DNA of 64,000 nt from a phage, in sequence record PZ445439.1; one strand, given 5' to 3'. Below, piece after piece: positions 11,099-20,163 of the stretch. How positions within the stretch are numbered: position 1 is the stretch's first letter; every line of letters begins with the position of its first letter. Both the position numbers and the translations under genes were made by a program. The notes under the pieces were generated by a model. That model saw only the letters and a program-made list of their open reading frames with translations. It did not search any database and was not told where the DNA came from.

Positions 11099-13354
11099 TT
11101 AAAGCTTACAAGCAGAACAATCTTCAGCTTTAGGTGTTTCTAATTCATAGTCATCTGTACCTGACCCATCACGAGTGTTATGATAGTAGAGGTTTTTTCC
11201 GCCAAAGTACCAGAAGTAAAGCAGATCGTCAAGCATTACTGACATTGGCACTTTACCTTTCTCAAATACTGCAGGGTCATAGTAAGTATTAGCAGAAGCA
11301 GATTGGCACACCCATTTCAACATGATAGCAACTTGGGTTAAATAAGGTTTATTACCTTTCTTAGCAAGTTTCCACGCGTAGTCGTAAAGACCTATGTTAT
11401 GTTCTATATTAGGAACAACCTGACGGAAGTTGCCTTCTTTAGATTCTTTAATACTCACTGGACCCCGCGGCGGTTCAATCCCGTTTGTAGAGTTTGATAC
11501 TTGACTGCTTGACTCACAAGGCATGAGTGCAGACAACGTTGAGTTACGAATTCCATGTTCTTTGAGTTCAGCTCGAAGTTCTTCCCAATCACATACGTAG
11601 TTCGGGGCTGCGATTTGGTCAATCTTTTTATTGTACCAGTCGATAGGTAATTCGCCTCTAGACCATTTAGTGTCTGAATAATACTCGCAACATCCTTTTT
11701 CTTTGGCGAGTTTGATTGATGCTTTGATAAGGCCATATTGCAATCTCTCAAACAATTCATGAGTCAAATCGTTAGCGTCTTCATATGAAGCGAAGTTAGA
11801 AGCTAACCATGCAGCATAGTTCGTAACACCAACACCAAGATTACGACGCTTTTTGGCTTTTAAAGCTTCTGGAACCGGATAATCTTGATAGTCTAACAGG
11901 TTATCAAGTGCACGTACTTGTACTTCAGCAAGTTCATTAATTTTATCTTGGTCTTGCCAATCAAATTTATCTAACACGAATGCAGATAACGTGCATAAAC
12001 CAATTTCAGCATCAGGACCATTCACATCATTAGTTGGAATAGCGATTTCACAACATAAGTTACTCTGACGAATTGGAGCTTTTTCACGAATAAACGGAGT
12101 GTAGTTATTCGTGTTATCAACGAATTGCGGATAAATTCGAGCGGTGCCAGAACGTTCAGTCATGAACAATTCAAAGAGTTCTAGTGCTTTGATTCTTTTC
12201 TTTCTGATTGTTGGGTCTTTTTCAGCTTTCTCATAAAGCTCACGGAATTTATCTTGATCTTCAAAGAACGAGTAGTATAGTTCGCCTGACATTTCGTGAG
12301 GGCTAAATAAAGTAATATAATCATTTTTACCAAGGCGTTCCATCATAAGGTCATTAATCTGAATTCCGTAGTCCATATGTCGAATACGGTTTTCATCCAC
12401 GCCTTTGTTATTTTTCAGAACTAATAGGTTCTCTACTTCTAAGTGCCACATCGGATAATACGCTGTAGCAGCACCACCACGAATACCACCTTGAGAACAA
12501 GATTTTACTGCAGTTTGGAAATGTTTCCAGAATGGAATAACACCCGTATGTCGAACTTCACCCATACCGATCTTAGAACCTTCTGCACGAAGCATACCAA
12601 CGTTGATACCAATACCAGCTCGTTTAGAAATATATTCAATAATTGATGCTGAAGTTTTGTTAATAGATTTTAACGAATCACCGGCTTCAATAACTACACA
12701 ACTAGAGAACTGGCGAGTTGGAGTACGAGCACCTGCCATAATTGGAGTAGGCAATGAAACTTGATGAGTAGAAACGGCATCATAAAAACGAATAATATGT
12801 TTCAAACGGTCGTGAGTTTCGTCTTGATGTAAGGCCATGCCAATAGCCATGATAGCAAACTGGGGAGTTTCATAAATCTTCCCAGTTGTTTTATCTTTAA
12901 CTAGATATTTTTCTTTAAGCTGCATAGCACCAGCATAAGTCAGGTCAAAGTCTCGTTCATGTTTAATCTGTGAATCGAGATAAATGATTTCTTCTGCTGA
13001 ATATTGAGACAACAGCTCAGGGTCATATTTGCCTTCATTAACACAATAAGAAATATGGTCGATAAAAGCAGGCGGTTCAAACTGCCCATATACATCTTTA
13101 CGAAGTGCAAACATTAGCCCTTTGGCGGCGACATACTGATAATCAGGTTCTTCGACAGAAATCGAGTTAGCTGCAACTTTAATACAAATCTTCTGGATAT
13201 CTTTGGTGCTCATCCCGTCGACAAGATGGGTCTTAATTTCTTCGTACAATTCATATGGGTCAATTTGTGTTCCTTCACATTGCCAAGTTAAGACTTGAAT
13301 AATTTTCTGTGCATCAAAATTTTGGGATACACCACTGCTCTTAGTTACTTGCAT
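11099..13354 (-). CDS. nrdA: ribonucleotide reductase large subunit
   Basis: 751 aa with class I RNR active-site region (..NLCCEI..) and C-terminal CxxC. Confidence 0.95.
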   Translation of the reverse strand: MQVTKSSGVSQNFDAQKIIQVLTWQCEGTQIDPYELYEEIKTHLVDGMSTKDIQKICIKVAANSISVEEPDYQYVAAKGLMFALRKDVYGQFEPPAFIDHISYCVNEGKYDPELLSQYSAEEIIYLDSQIKHERDFDLTYAGAMQLKEKYLVKDKTTGKIYETPQFAIMAIGMALHQDETHDRLKHIIRFYDAVSTHQVSLPTPIMAGARTPTRQFSSCVVIEAGDSLKSINKTSASIIEYISKRAGIGINVGMLRAEGSKIGMGEVRHTGVIPFWKHFQTAVKSCSQGGIRGGAATAYYPMWHLEVENLLVLKNNKGVDENRIRHMDYGIQINDLMMERLGKNDYITLFSPHEMSGELYYSFFEDQDKFRELYEKAEKDPTIRKKRIKALELFELFMTERSGTARIYPQFVDNTNNYTPFIREKAPIRQSNLCCEIAIPTNDVNGPDAEIGLCTLSAFVLDKFDWQDQDKINELAEVQVRALDNLLDYQDYPVPEALKAKKRRNLGVGVTNYAAWLASNFASYEDANDLTHELFERLQYGLIKASIKLAKEKGCCEYYSDTKWSRGELPIDWYNKKIDQIAAPNYVCDWEELRAELKEHGIRNSTLSALMPCESSSQVSNSTNGIEPPRGPVSIKESKEGNFRQVVPNIEHNIGLYDYAWKLAKKGNKPYLTQVAIMLKWVCQSASANTYYDPAVFEKGKVPMSVMLDDLLYFWYFGGKNLYYHNTRDGSGTDDYELETPKAEDCSACKL

Positions 13355-13441
13355 ATATTCCTCAGTATAGGTTGATAGACATTACTCCAAACGGGATAGT
13401 ATTTATCCCGTTAATTTATTATACACTTTTAAACTGAAGCG

Positions 13442-13696
13442 TTAATTATCCTCGGCAATAATTTCTTCGTATTCTTTAGGTGTCAAGACTGTGATATTGA
13501 AATAAACCAACGGTTCTTTTTCTATACCGAATCCACCACAAAATTCACGATATTCATAAATTCGTTCATGTGAATAACAAATGAATCGTTCACCTTTAAC
13601 TGTGATTTCACTATTTGGTGAAGGGATATCCAGTTCACTTGGATTTTTCATTTCAAAAATTGTGGTGCCATATGAATTAATAAAACGTAAAATCAT
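13442..13696 (-). CDS. hypothetical protein, 84 aa
   Basis: track ORF, ATG start, between td and nrdA. Confidence 0.5.
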   Translation of the reverse strand: MILRFINSYGTTIFEMKNPSELDIPSPNSEITVKGERFICYSHERIYEYREFCGGFGIEKEPLVYFNITVLTPKEYEEIIAEDN

Positions 13697-13697
13697 T

Positions 13698-14558
13698 TTA
13701 TACCGCCATTTTAGCTTTGATAGCTGGATGAGATTCGTAATTTTTAAGAACGAAATCAGAATGTGTCATCGTTCCAGTAACCCAGTCCATTTGGATTTTT
13801 GTAGGCCAATTCTCAAAATTACTAGGCCAATTAATTTCAAGAGAACATAACTCTTTAGGTTCACGACGAAGAACTTCTTTGCATTGTTCTACATGATTGC
13901 TGTAGATATGCGTGTTGCCGCCTGAGAACACTAAATCACCTGGGATAAGGTTACACATCTTCGCTACAATATGCGTCAAGGCAGCGTACGAGGCAATGTT
14001 GAATGGCAGGCCCAAGAAAACATCTACACTGCGTTGATACCATTGTAAATCAAGATGCCCATTACGCACATTAAATTGATAGAACATATGACAAGGAGGA
14101 AGAGCCATTTGGTCAATTTCTGCAGGGTTCCATGCAGAAACTATTTGACGACGATCATTAGGAAGAGCTTTAATACGGTCGATAGTTTTGACCAATTGGT
14201 CTACACCACCAAAATCACGCCATTGCTTACCATAAATAGGACCAAGTTCGCCGCTATGATATCCAAGGTCTTTTGCCTGATTTTCATAGTTGTCGTCCCA
14301 AATAGTTTTACCTTGAATAAGACTACCATGAGTACGAATACGCAAATCATTAACATTGGTAGAACCAGACATGAACCACAGTAACTCGGCAATACAAGCT
14401 TTCCATGCTAATTTCTTAGTTGTTACTGCAGGGAATCCTTTAGTCAGATCCCAACGTAATTTAGTTCCGAACAGGGCAATAGTGCCGGTGCCTGTACGGT
14501 CGTCTGTTTCGTAGCCATTTTCTAGGATATCATTAATCAGGTATTGGTATTGTTTCAT
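13698..14558 (-). CDS. td: thymidylate synthase, uninterrupted (no intron)
   Basis: 286 aa continuous ORF with TS motifs (PPCH.., DLGPIYG). Confidence 0.95.
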   Translation of the reverse strand: MKQYQYLINDILENGYETDDRTGTGTIALFGTKLRWDLTKGFPAVTTKKLAWKACIAELLWFMSGSTNVNDLRIRTHGSLIQGKTIWDDNYENQAKDLGYHSGELGPIYGKQWRDFGGVDQLVKTIDRIKALPNDRRQIVSAWNPAEIDQMALPPCHMFYQFNVRNGHLDLQWYQRSVDVFLGLPFNIASYAALTHIVAKMCNLIPGDLVFSGGNTHIYSNHVEQCKEVLRREPKELCSLEINWPSNFENWPTKIQMDWVTGTMTHSDFVLKNYESHPAIKAKMAV

Positions 14559-15142
14559 TTATAAACGCTCTCAGTAATTTCGGTGAGTTCATCGATTCTG
14601 TAGTAATGAGATTCTACCATAGAACGTTGAAGCATAATATCTTGGACGAAATCTTTATCAAGTTGAACATCGGAATTAACACGACATTTCTTAATGATTT
14701 TAGTCATCACGATTTCATCGGCATAAGGCAGTGCTTGTTTAAGTAGAGCAGGACCGCCGATAACAGATACATTAACATGTTCAGTAGAAAGTTTAAACGG
14801 TACATCAGTTGCAGGGCTAAACAGGTTAATTTCACCACCTGTTACCAAGGTAATAAATTCAGATTGGGTGATATAGAACCGTGCAAGTTCATCAGTTTTA
14901 GTCCTAGGCAGTTTTCTGGCCATATCAGTGACAACCACATGAGTACGATCTGGGAGTAGACGAGGTAATGATGCAAAAGTCTTAGCACCCATAACCATTA
15001 CAGTGTTTTTAGTGCGAGCAACAAAGTTACTCATATCTTGTTTGATATGCTTCCATGGAAGTCCATCACCTAATCCAAAAGCATATTCCAGTTTATCATC
15101 AACTGTTTTAGATGGTGCGCATGCGAATACTAATTTAAGCAT
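14555..15142 (-). CDS. frd: dihydrofolate reductase
   Basis: 195 aa, DHFR-like; 4 nt overlap with td. Confidence 0.9.
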   Translation of the reverse strand: MLKLVFACAPSKTVDDKLEYAFGLGDGLPWKHIKQDMSNFVARTKNTVMVMGAKTFASLPRLLPDRTHVVVTDMARKLPRTKTDELARFYITQSEFITLVTGGEINLFSPATDVPFKLSTEHVNVSVIGGPALLKQALPYADEIVMTKIIKKCRVNSDVQLDKDFVQDIMLQRSMVESHYYRIDELTEITESVYK

Positions 15143-15383
15143 TTTTAAGTCCTTTAATAACTTTTTGGATTTGTGATTTAGACGAAACTAGTTCTGTCTG
15201 AATTTCCAAACCATCGGTTTGGTCAAATGTTGTAACACAAACGCGAGGTTTTGTTGTGTATCGCCCAGACAAATCAAATGCGTCGCCAATGAATTCGGCC
15301 AAATCCGAATGGTCTAAATTAACTGAAGTATAAACTTCATATCCGACATCAGCGCCTTGAGAGTATTCAACAACAACATTCAT
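15135..15383 (-). CDS. hypothetical protein, 82 aa (frd.1 position)
   Basis: track ORF, ATG start. Confidence 0.5.
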   Translation of the reverse strand: MNVVVEYSQGADVGYEVYTSVNLDHSDLAEFIGDAFDLSGRYTTKPRVCVTTFDQTDGLEIQTELVSSKSQIQKVIKGLKNA

Positions 15384-15385
15384 AA

Positions 15386-15634
15386 TTATTTCCTCAGATT
15401 TTTCTTAACAACTTTCCAATCAACTTTAAACGATTCAACATCAGAGTGGTGAATCCAGAATCCTGCACTTTCACCATCTTCGTAGAGTGGACATCCATCA
15501 CATTCTTCGTTCCAACCCATTTCACGTAAAGCTTCTTCAGCTTGTTCAAGGAGTTCAGCGTCTTTACCGACGATGTTGAAGTACCATTTACCTCTAACTT
15601 CAGAATCTTTGATGCTCTGACGTTGCAATCTCAT
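15386..15634 (-). CDS. hypothetical protein, about 82 aa (frd.2 position; internal Met start)
   Basis: AAGGAGAATAAA-ATG site at internal Met; upstream track extension crosses a hairpin. Confidence 0.5.
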   Translation of the reverse strand: MRLQRQSIKDSEVRGKWYFNIVGKDAELLEQAEEALREMGWNEECDGCPLYEDGESAGFWIHHSDVESFKVDWKVVKKNLRK

Positions 15635-15696
15635 TTTATTCTCCTTCACTTTTGATTTGATAGGGCTACTATAACATAACCCTATCTGATTGTACA

Positions 15697-16089
15697 CTAC
15701 TTTTTAAAAGTTTTTTGCAAAAGTTCGATGATTTCGTCGACGTTGGTTTCATCTACGATACAATGGATTTTTGTTACACCTAAAGCTATACCTTCGTTAG
15801 TAGGTTGAGGCTTTACTATATCTACCTCAGTAAAGTATTTGAACTCGTCAGGATAAATCTCAAAATAAGTTTCAATTTCACCACCGGCAGAACATACAGT
15901 ACCATCTTCCATAGTTACACTTACTACGTTTGACGTATCGCTATCATAATCAGGTTCCATTCCGTTTACAACAAAACTAGGCCCGTGGAGTTCAATCAAT
16001 TTTAACATCTTAGCGTTATTGTGTGGTGCTTCTTGAACAAAGTCATCTTTAAATAAAGGGTTAATGATATAAGATTTTCCGATTTCCAT
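15697..16089 (-). CDS. hypothetical protein, 130 aa (frd.3 position)
   Basis: track ORF, ATG start. Confidence 0.55.
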   Translation of the reverse strand: MEIGKSYIINPLFKDDFVQEAPHNNAKMLKLIELHGPSFVVNGMEPDYDSDTSNVVSVTMEDGTVCSAGGEIETYFEIYPDEFKYFTEVDIVKPQPTNEGIALGVTKIHCIVDETNVDEIIELLQKTFKK

Positions 16090-16118
16090 TTTGATTTCCT
16101 CATGTTGTTGATAGGTCT

Positions 16119-16147
16119 ATACTAACACATCCAGGGAAGAAGTAAAC
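16119..16147 (-). promoter_or_regulatory. early-type promoter candidate (GTTTAC, 17 nt, TAGTAT)
   Basis: located just downstream of gene 32 terminator, upstream of frd.3-like ORF. Confidence 0.35.
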
Positions 16148-16172
16148 AACTTTTTCGGCAATTTACAGATAC

Positions 16173-16196
16173 TCAAAAGGGAGACCGAAGTCTCCC
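16173..16196 (-). terminator. intrinsic terminator after gene 32 (GGGAGAC-UUCG-GUCUCCC then U tract)
   Basis: stem-loop with UUCG tetraloop followed by UUUUG, 7 nt after gene 32 stop. Confidence 0.55.
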
Positions 16197-16202
16197 AATT
16201 TA

Positions 16203-17105
16203 TTATAAACCAGCTAACAGGTCATCGAGGTCGCCATCATCAGAGGATGAGGTAGAGCTCATGAAGTCATCTTCAGTTTTTGCAGAACTAAAGGCTTCCA
16301 TGTCTTTATCAAAATCGTCAAGGTCAGAAGCAACTTTATCTGCAACAGAAGCTGCTGCGGCTGCTGCACCACCAAGAGCGGCAGTACCAAGAACCTTAGC
16401 GAAAGATTCATTTAATTTTTCAAAGGATTTGAACTGGTCTTTAGCCGTCAAAGTAGTAAGGTCTACCATCTGGTCATATAGTTCTTTCTGGAATGCTTCA
16501 TCATTAATACGAGGAATTTCAGATTGACCCAAGAATTTAGATTCGTCATAGTTGCTAAAACCGGAAACCTGCTTAGCTTTCAGAACGAAGTTGGCACCTT
16601 CAAACGGACAAGTAACATCAACTGGAGTTTCACCCATTTCGGTATCAACAGCAATCATTGCATTGATTTTGTCCCAAATCTTTTTACCGAAACGATATTT
16701 AAATACTTTACCTTCGTTATCTGGAGCTTGAGGGTCTTTAACAACCAGAATATTAGCCCAATAAGAAGTTTTACGTTTCAGTTGAGAATATTCATTTTTG
16801 TTGGTATTGTACAGGTCATTTTTACTAATGTACTGACATACAGGACAAGAGTCATAATCACCATGTGTAGAAGAGCAATTTTCAATATACCATTTACCAT
16901 TTTTCTTGAAACCATGGTTAACAAGAATTGCAAATGGTAGTGCATCATCAGTTTTTGCTGGCAAGAAACGAATTACCGCTTGACCATTACCGGATGCATC
17001 TAGCTTCAGCTTCCATTCGCCTTTATCTTCTGAAGAGAAACCTTTGTTACCATTCAGTTTAGCCATTTGAGCAGCGAGGTCAGCAGTAGATTTACGTTTA
17101 AACAT
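16203..17105 (-). CDS. 32: gp32 single-stranded DNA-binding protein
   Basis: 300 aa, matches recalled T4 gp32 including acidic C-terminus. Confidence 0.95.
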   Translation of the reverse strand: MFKRKSTADLAAQMAKLNGNKGFSSEDKGEWKLKLDASGNGQAVIRFLPAKTDDALPFAILVNHGFKKNGKWYIENCSSTHGDYDSCPVCQYISKNDLYNTNKNEYSQLKRKTSYWANILVVKDPQAPDNEGKVFKYRFGKKIWDKINAMIAVDTEMGETPVDVTCPFEGANFVLKAKQVSGFSNYDESKFLGQSEIPRINDEAFQKELYDQMVDLTTLTAKDQFKSFEKLNESFAKVLGTAALGGAAAAAASVADKVASDLDDFDKDMEAFSSAKTEDDFMSSTSSSDDGDLDDLLAGL

Positions 17106-17160
17106 GGATTATTACCTTTTATTTAGATTATTTAATTTATTTACAGTTGGTTGCTACGAC
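17106..17160 (-). promoter_or_regulatory. gene 32 mRNA translational operator region (A/U-rich UUAAA-type repeats)
   Basis: mRNA leader ..UAAAUAAAUUAAAUAAUCUAAAUAAAAGGUAAUAAUCC-AUG preceded by a 7 bp hairpin. Confidence 0.45.
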
Positions 17161-17186
17161 ACTTATACCTCGTAGCTGGTATGATT

Positions 17187-17194
17187 TATTTATA
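17187..17194 (-). promoter_or_regulatory. late promoter TATAAATA upstream of gene 32
   Basis: exact TATAAATA on minus strand about 80 nt before gene 32 ATG. Confidence 0.35.
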
Positions 17195-17223
17195 AAGTAA
17201 TTTTAACACACAAGAAATAAAGC

Positions 17224-17877
17224 TTAATACTTACATGATTTGATTGTTTCTATGAACAATTTCTTAGCAACATTTCCATCGATTTGAAGTATTTTTCGAT
17301 ATGCCTTTAATTTGGTAGAATAATTTTGCCAGACTAAGTTATCGGTGAGTTCGTCGTGCTTATCTATAATATTCAAAAACGAGTCCAACAATAAGAAAGT
17401 CTCAAATGAAATTATATTGCTTTGTAACAATTTAAATATGTAGCTCGACTGAACTTTATTATTATAATCAAATATCTCTTGAAGCGCACTAACTTCCACT
17501 TTCTTACTGAAATAGTAGATGTTACGTACGTCTTCAGCAAACGTCTCTTTAGCTTGTTTGAGACGTCCAATATATTCCCTATAGAAAACTAATGCATCAG
17601 CGTCTGATATCTCACCAATCCATGCGTCTTGGTTAGCAACTAAGTTGCTTATGAATATCAAGGTGAGTTCCTTCAATTTATATTTCTCTGCTAGTTTTTC
17701 AAAGAAATATTTATCTCGGCGTTTTTGATACGCATTATCCGAAACACGCATGCGCCAGTTATATTTGATTACGTCATACCGACCACCAAAGTGGTTTTTG
17801 CACATCAAGTATAGTTTATATACTGATTTACCGTTAATATAACGTTCTCCGTCAGGAGGCATGCGTATTTTAATCAT
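17224..17877 (-). CDS. 59: gp59 helicase loader
   Basis: 217 aa, matches recalled T4 gp59. Confidence 0.9.
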   Translation of the reverse strand: MIKIRMPPDGERYINGKSVYKLYLMCKNHFGGRYDVIKYNWRMRVSDNAYQKRRDKYFFEKLAEKYKLKELTLIFISNLVANQDAWIGEISDADALVFYREYIGRLKQAKETFAEDVRNIYYFSKKVEVSALQEIFDYNNKVQSSYIFKLLQSNIISFETFLLLDSFLNIIDKHDELTDNLVWQNYSTKLKAYRKILQIDGNVAKKLFIETIKSCKY

Positions 17878-18553
17878 AGTTCCATCCAGGCCATTTTGAA
17901 GATTTAAGTCTATACGTAACTAGAGATGCAGAAATATTAAAAACATCCGAAACTTCTGTGCATGATGAGTATTTTATACCATCAATAATTATAGGTTTTT
18001 GTTTTTTAATAGTTCTTTCTTTAGAATGCGGCTTTGAATTTGCTATTCTAAGAGCTTCTTTGGTTGAATCAGGCATCGGCTTATTCGTTTTTCGCCCTTT
18101 TCGGACTTTACTCAAAGCTAATTTATGAGCTTCAGATAGTTTCTTACCCTTATTAGGGGATGGTATTTTTCTTTCTAATCTGGTTTTAGATACTTTAGCC
18201 TTAGTCTCTTCAGATCTAGGTTTCCCTATTTTAGAAAGTGAAATAGCCCTTTTAGCTTCATCACTTTGTTTTTTACCAGGGCCACCTTTACCACCTGGAA
18301 CCAGGTTATAAGTATCAGTTCGCAAAACAAAATCTTCATTAACCAATTCTGCTTCTTTTTTATAGGCGTCCTTGTCATTATCATATTCATAAAGAACTTC
18401 AGTATAAAAATTTTTTAGCCCGTATTTAGCTTTGGCCGCTAATATAGCGCGACCAGACCCAATATACCAATCTTTCTCTTTATGTTTTTTGTGTACGCCT
18501 ATATAAATTTTACCATTTATTTTATTGGTAGTTTTATACACAACGTATTTCAT
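17870..18553 (-). CDS. free-standing GIY-YIG homing endonuclease-like protein (Seg-like), 227 aa
   Basis: N-terminal GIY-YIG-type motif (VVYKTT..GKIYIGV); Lys-rich NUMOD-like repeats; overlaps gene 59 by 8 nt and gene 33 by 4 nt. Confidence 0.8.
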   Translation of the reverse strand: MKYVVYKTTNKINGKIYIGVHKKHKEKDWYIGSGRAILAAKAKYGLKNFYTEVLYEYDNDKDAYKKEAELVNEDFVLRTDTYNLVPGGKGGPGKKQSDEAKRAISLSKIGKPRSEETKAKVSKTRLERKIPSPNKGKKLSEAHKLALSKVRKGRKTNKPMPDSTKEALRIANSKPHSKERTIKKQKPIIIDGIKYSSCTEVSDVFNISASLVTYRLKSSKWPGWNYD

Positions 18554-18888
18554 AATAAGAAATCTAACGTATTAGTTTTTTCACCACGAGCAACTGATGG
18601 GCGAAGCATGTTTTCGTCAATTGCTTCGCTTGTAATTTTTTCAATAATTCCTGTAGGAATAAATTTAGCAAATTGTGTTTCTGGAATAGAATTTTCTTCC
18701 AAGAAAGCAGTTGTTGCTTCTAAATAAGACATACCGAATTGTTCAACCATGGATTCGATAATGAATCCGTTTTCTTGTCTGTCAAGCAATTTAGCGATAT
18801 CATCTTTATCGTGTTTTACTGCTAATTCTTGTTCAGATAAACCGGCCTCATCAACCGGTTTAATATCACTTAGTGAAAACTGTGTCAT
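18550..18888 (-). CDS. 33: gp33 late transcription co-activator
   Basis: 112 aa, matches recalled T4 gp33. Confidence 0.85.
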   Translation of the reverse strand: MTQFSLSDIKPVDEAGLSEQELAVKHDKDDIAKLLDRQENGFIIESMVEQFGMSYLEATTAFLEENSIPETQFAKFIPTGIIEKITSEAIDENMLRPSVARGEKTNTLDFLL

Positions 18889-19135
18889 AAAGCTCGACTA
18901 CCTCTTCGTTTTCAGCTTCAAATTGGTCACGAGCGTCTTTATGATAAAGAGCTAACAAACGATTAAACATTTTTCCATCGACACCAAGCTCTTCTTTAGC
19001 ACGAGTACGAATGTCTTTAATCAGTTCATTATAACCAGAAATTTTAAGTTTGTTATCGGAAGCTTCCTTGACTAGTTTAGCCAGTTCTTCACCATGCACA
19101 TCTTGATTAAATTCAACTGCTTCTTTCTTAGCCAT
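18866..19135 (-). CDS. dsbA: double-stranded DNA-binding protein DsbA
   Basis: 89 aa from internal Met (MAKKEAVEF..), matches recalled T4 DsbA. Confidence 0.8.
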   Translation of the reverse strand: MAKKEAVEFNQDVHGEELAKLVKEASDNKLKISGYNELIKDIRTRAKEELGVDGKMFNRLLALYHKDARDQFEAENEEVVELYDTVFTK

Positions 19136-19142
19136 GTTTACC

Positions 19143-20060
19143 TCAGAATTCATTAATTACACTTGTTAATTTAGAAAGACCAGATTTTACAAAGTATGAA
19201 TAAATCTTGCCTTTAGGTTGTTGTTTATATGAGTTATAATACTCTATAATGGTTGAAGCAATATTATCAGGGATATAATCAAAATCAATGAGAACCAAAT
19301 TTTCTTGATACCGTTTATATTCTTCTGCACTTAATAATACTTCAGCTTGAGAACGGTCATTGGCAATTGCTTCAATAATCGTTGTTTTCATGCTCGGAGT
19401 TCGTTCACCATCAACTCTGGTAAACCAGAAGTCGCCACGAACTCGAACAGATGCAACACCATCCTTACGGTCACCTTTAAGAATTTTAGTCATGCAATCA
19501 ATTTCAGCAGAACCATTCTTAATTTTAACCCATTTTTTCTGTGGTGGCGACCACTGTTTAACGTTAGGATATTTGTGTAATTGTGTAAAGTCACCATCTG
19601 ATGCAACAATACATACTTTATGTCCAGCTAATGACAAATATTTAGTTAATACACCGATATGGTCATCCGCTTCATACTTGTCAATATCCATTACAACGTA
19701 TGGCATGTATTTCTTAATCTCATCAACAACTTGATGGAGTGCAGTAAAATATCCTTCCCAATCCCACTTTGAAGCTTCACGATCGGTTTTACGATTTTTC
19801 TTGTAATAGTAAGCAAAGTCACGACGCCAATAACCCGAAGTAGCATTATCCATACATAATACAAATTTTGTATAGCCTTGCTTACGGAACATCACTACGT
19901 TTTTACGAATTGAATTCAAGATTACATGGCGAACCATCGGAACGGTAATTTTATCGCCGTCTTCAAAGTTGTTTAATGCGGCTGCCAATGCAATGTTACT
20001 AAAGTCAGCAAGTGCAATACCTTCTTTGTAATCTTCATCTAACATCATTTCTAAATCCAT
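19143..20060 (-). CDS. rnh: RNase H (5'-3' exonuclease, FEN family)
   Basis: 305 aa, size and position as T4 rnh. Confidence 0.9.
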   Translation of the reverse strand: MDLEMMLDEDYKEGIALADFSNIALAAALNNFEDGDKITVPMVRHVILNSIRKNVVMFRKQGYTKFVLCMDNATSGYWRRDFAYYYKKNRKTDREASKWDWEGYFTALHQVVDEIKKYMPYVVMDIDKYEADDHIGVLTKYLSLAGHKVCIVASDGDFTQLHKYPNVKQWSPPQKKWVKIKNGSAEIDCMTKILKGDRKDGVASVRVRGDFWFTRVDGERTPSMKTTIIEAIANDRSQAEVLLSAEEYKRYQENLVLIDFDYIPDNIASTIIEYYNSYKQQPKGKIYSYFVKSGLSKLTSVINEF

Positions 20061-20092
20061 ATGAACCTCTTGTTCAGTTAGTCAACTTGTCT

Positions 20093-20122
20093 ATAGTAAC
20101 ACACTCATTTGAAAGCGTAAAC
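20093..20122 (-). promoter_or_regulatory. early-type promoter candidate for rnh (GTTTAC, 18 nt, TACTAT)
   Basis: motif pair about 30 nt upstream of rnh ATG. Confidence 0.35.
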
Positions 20123-20125
20123 TGG

Positions 20126-20133
20126 TATAAATA
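20126..20133 (+). promoter_or_regulatory. late promoter TATAAATA for gene 34
   Basis: exact TATAAATA about 30 nt upstream of gene 34 ATG. Confidence 0.55.
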
Positions 20134-20163
20134 AGTATTATTGAAACAATAAAGGAAAAACGA

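Noticed and set aside
13698-14558. Looked for a group I intron in td
   Set aside because: The thymidylate synthase ORF is continuous at full length, so no intron is present here
16261-16940. Two plus-strand ORFs (88 and 138 aa)
   Set aside because: Antisense within gene 32; Ala/Ser-rich translation typical of a non-coding frame
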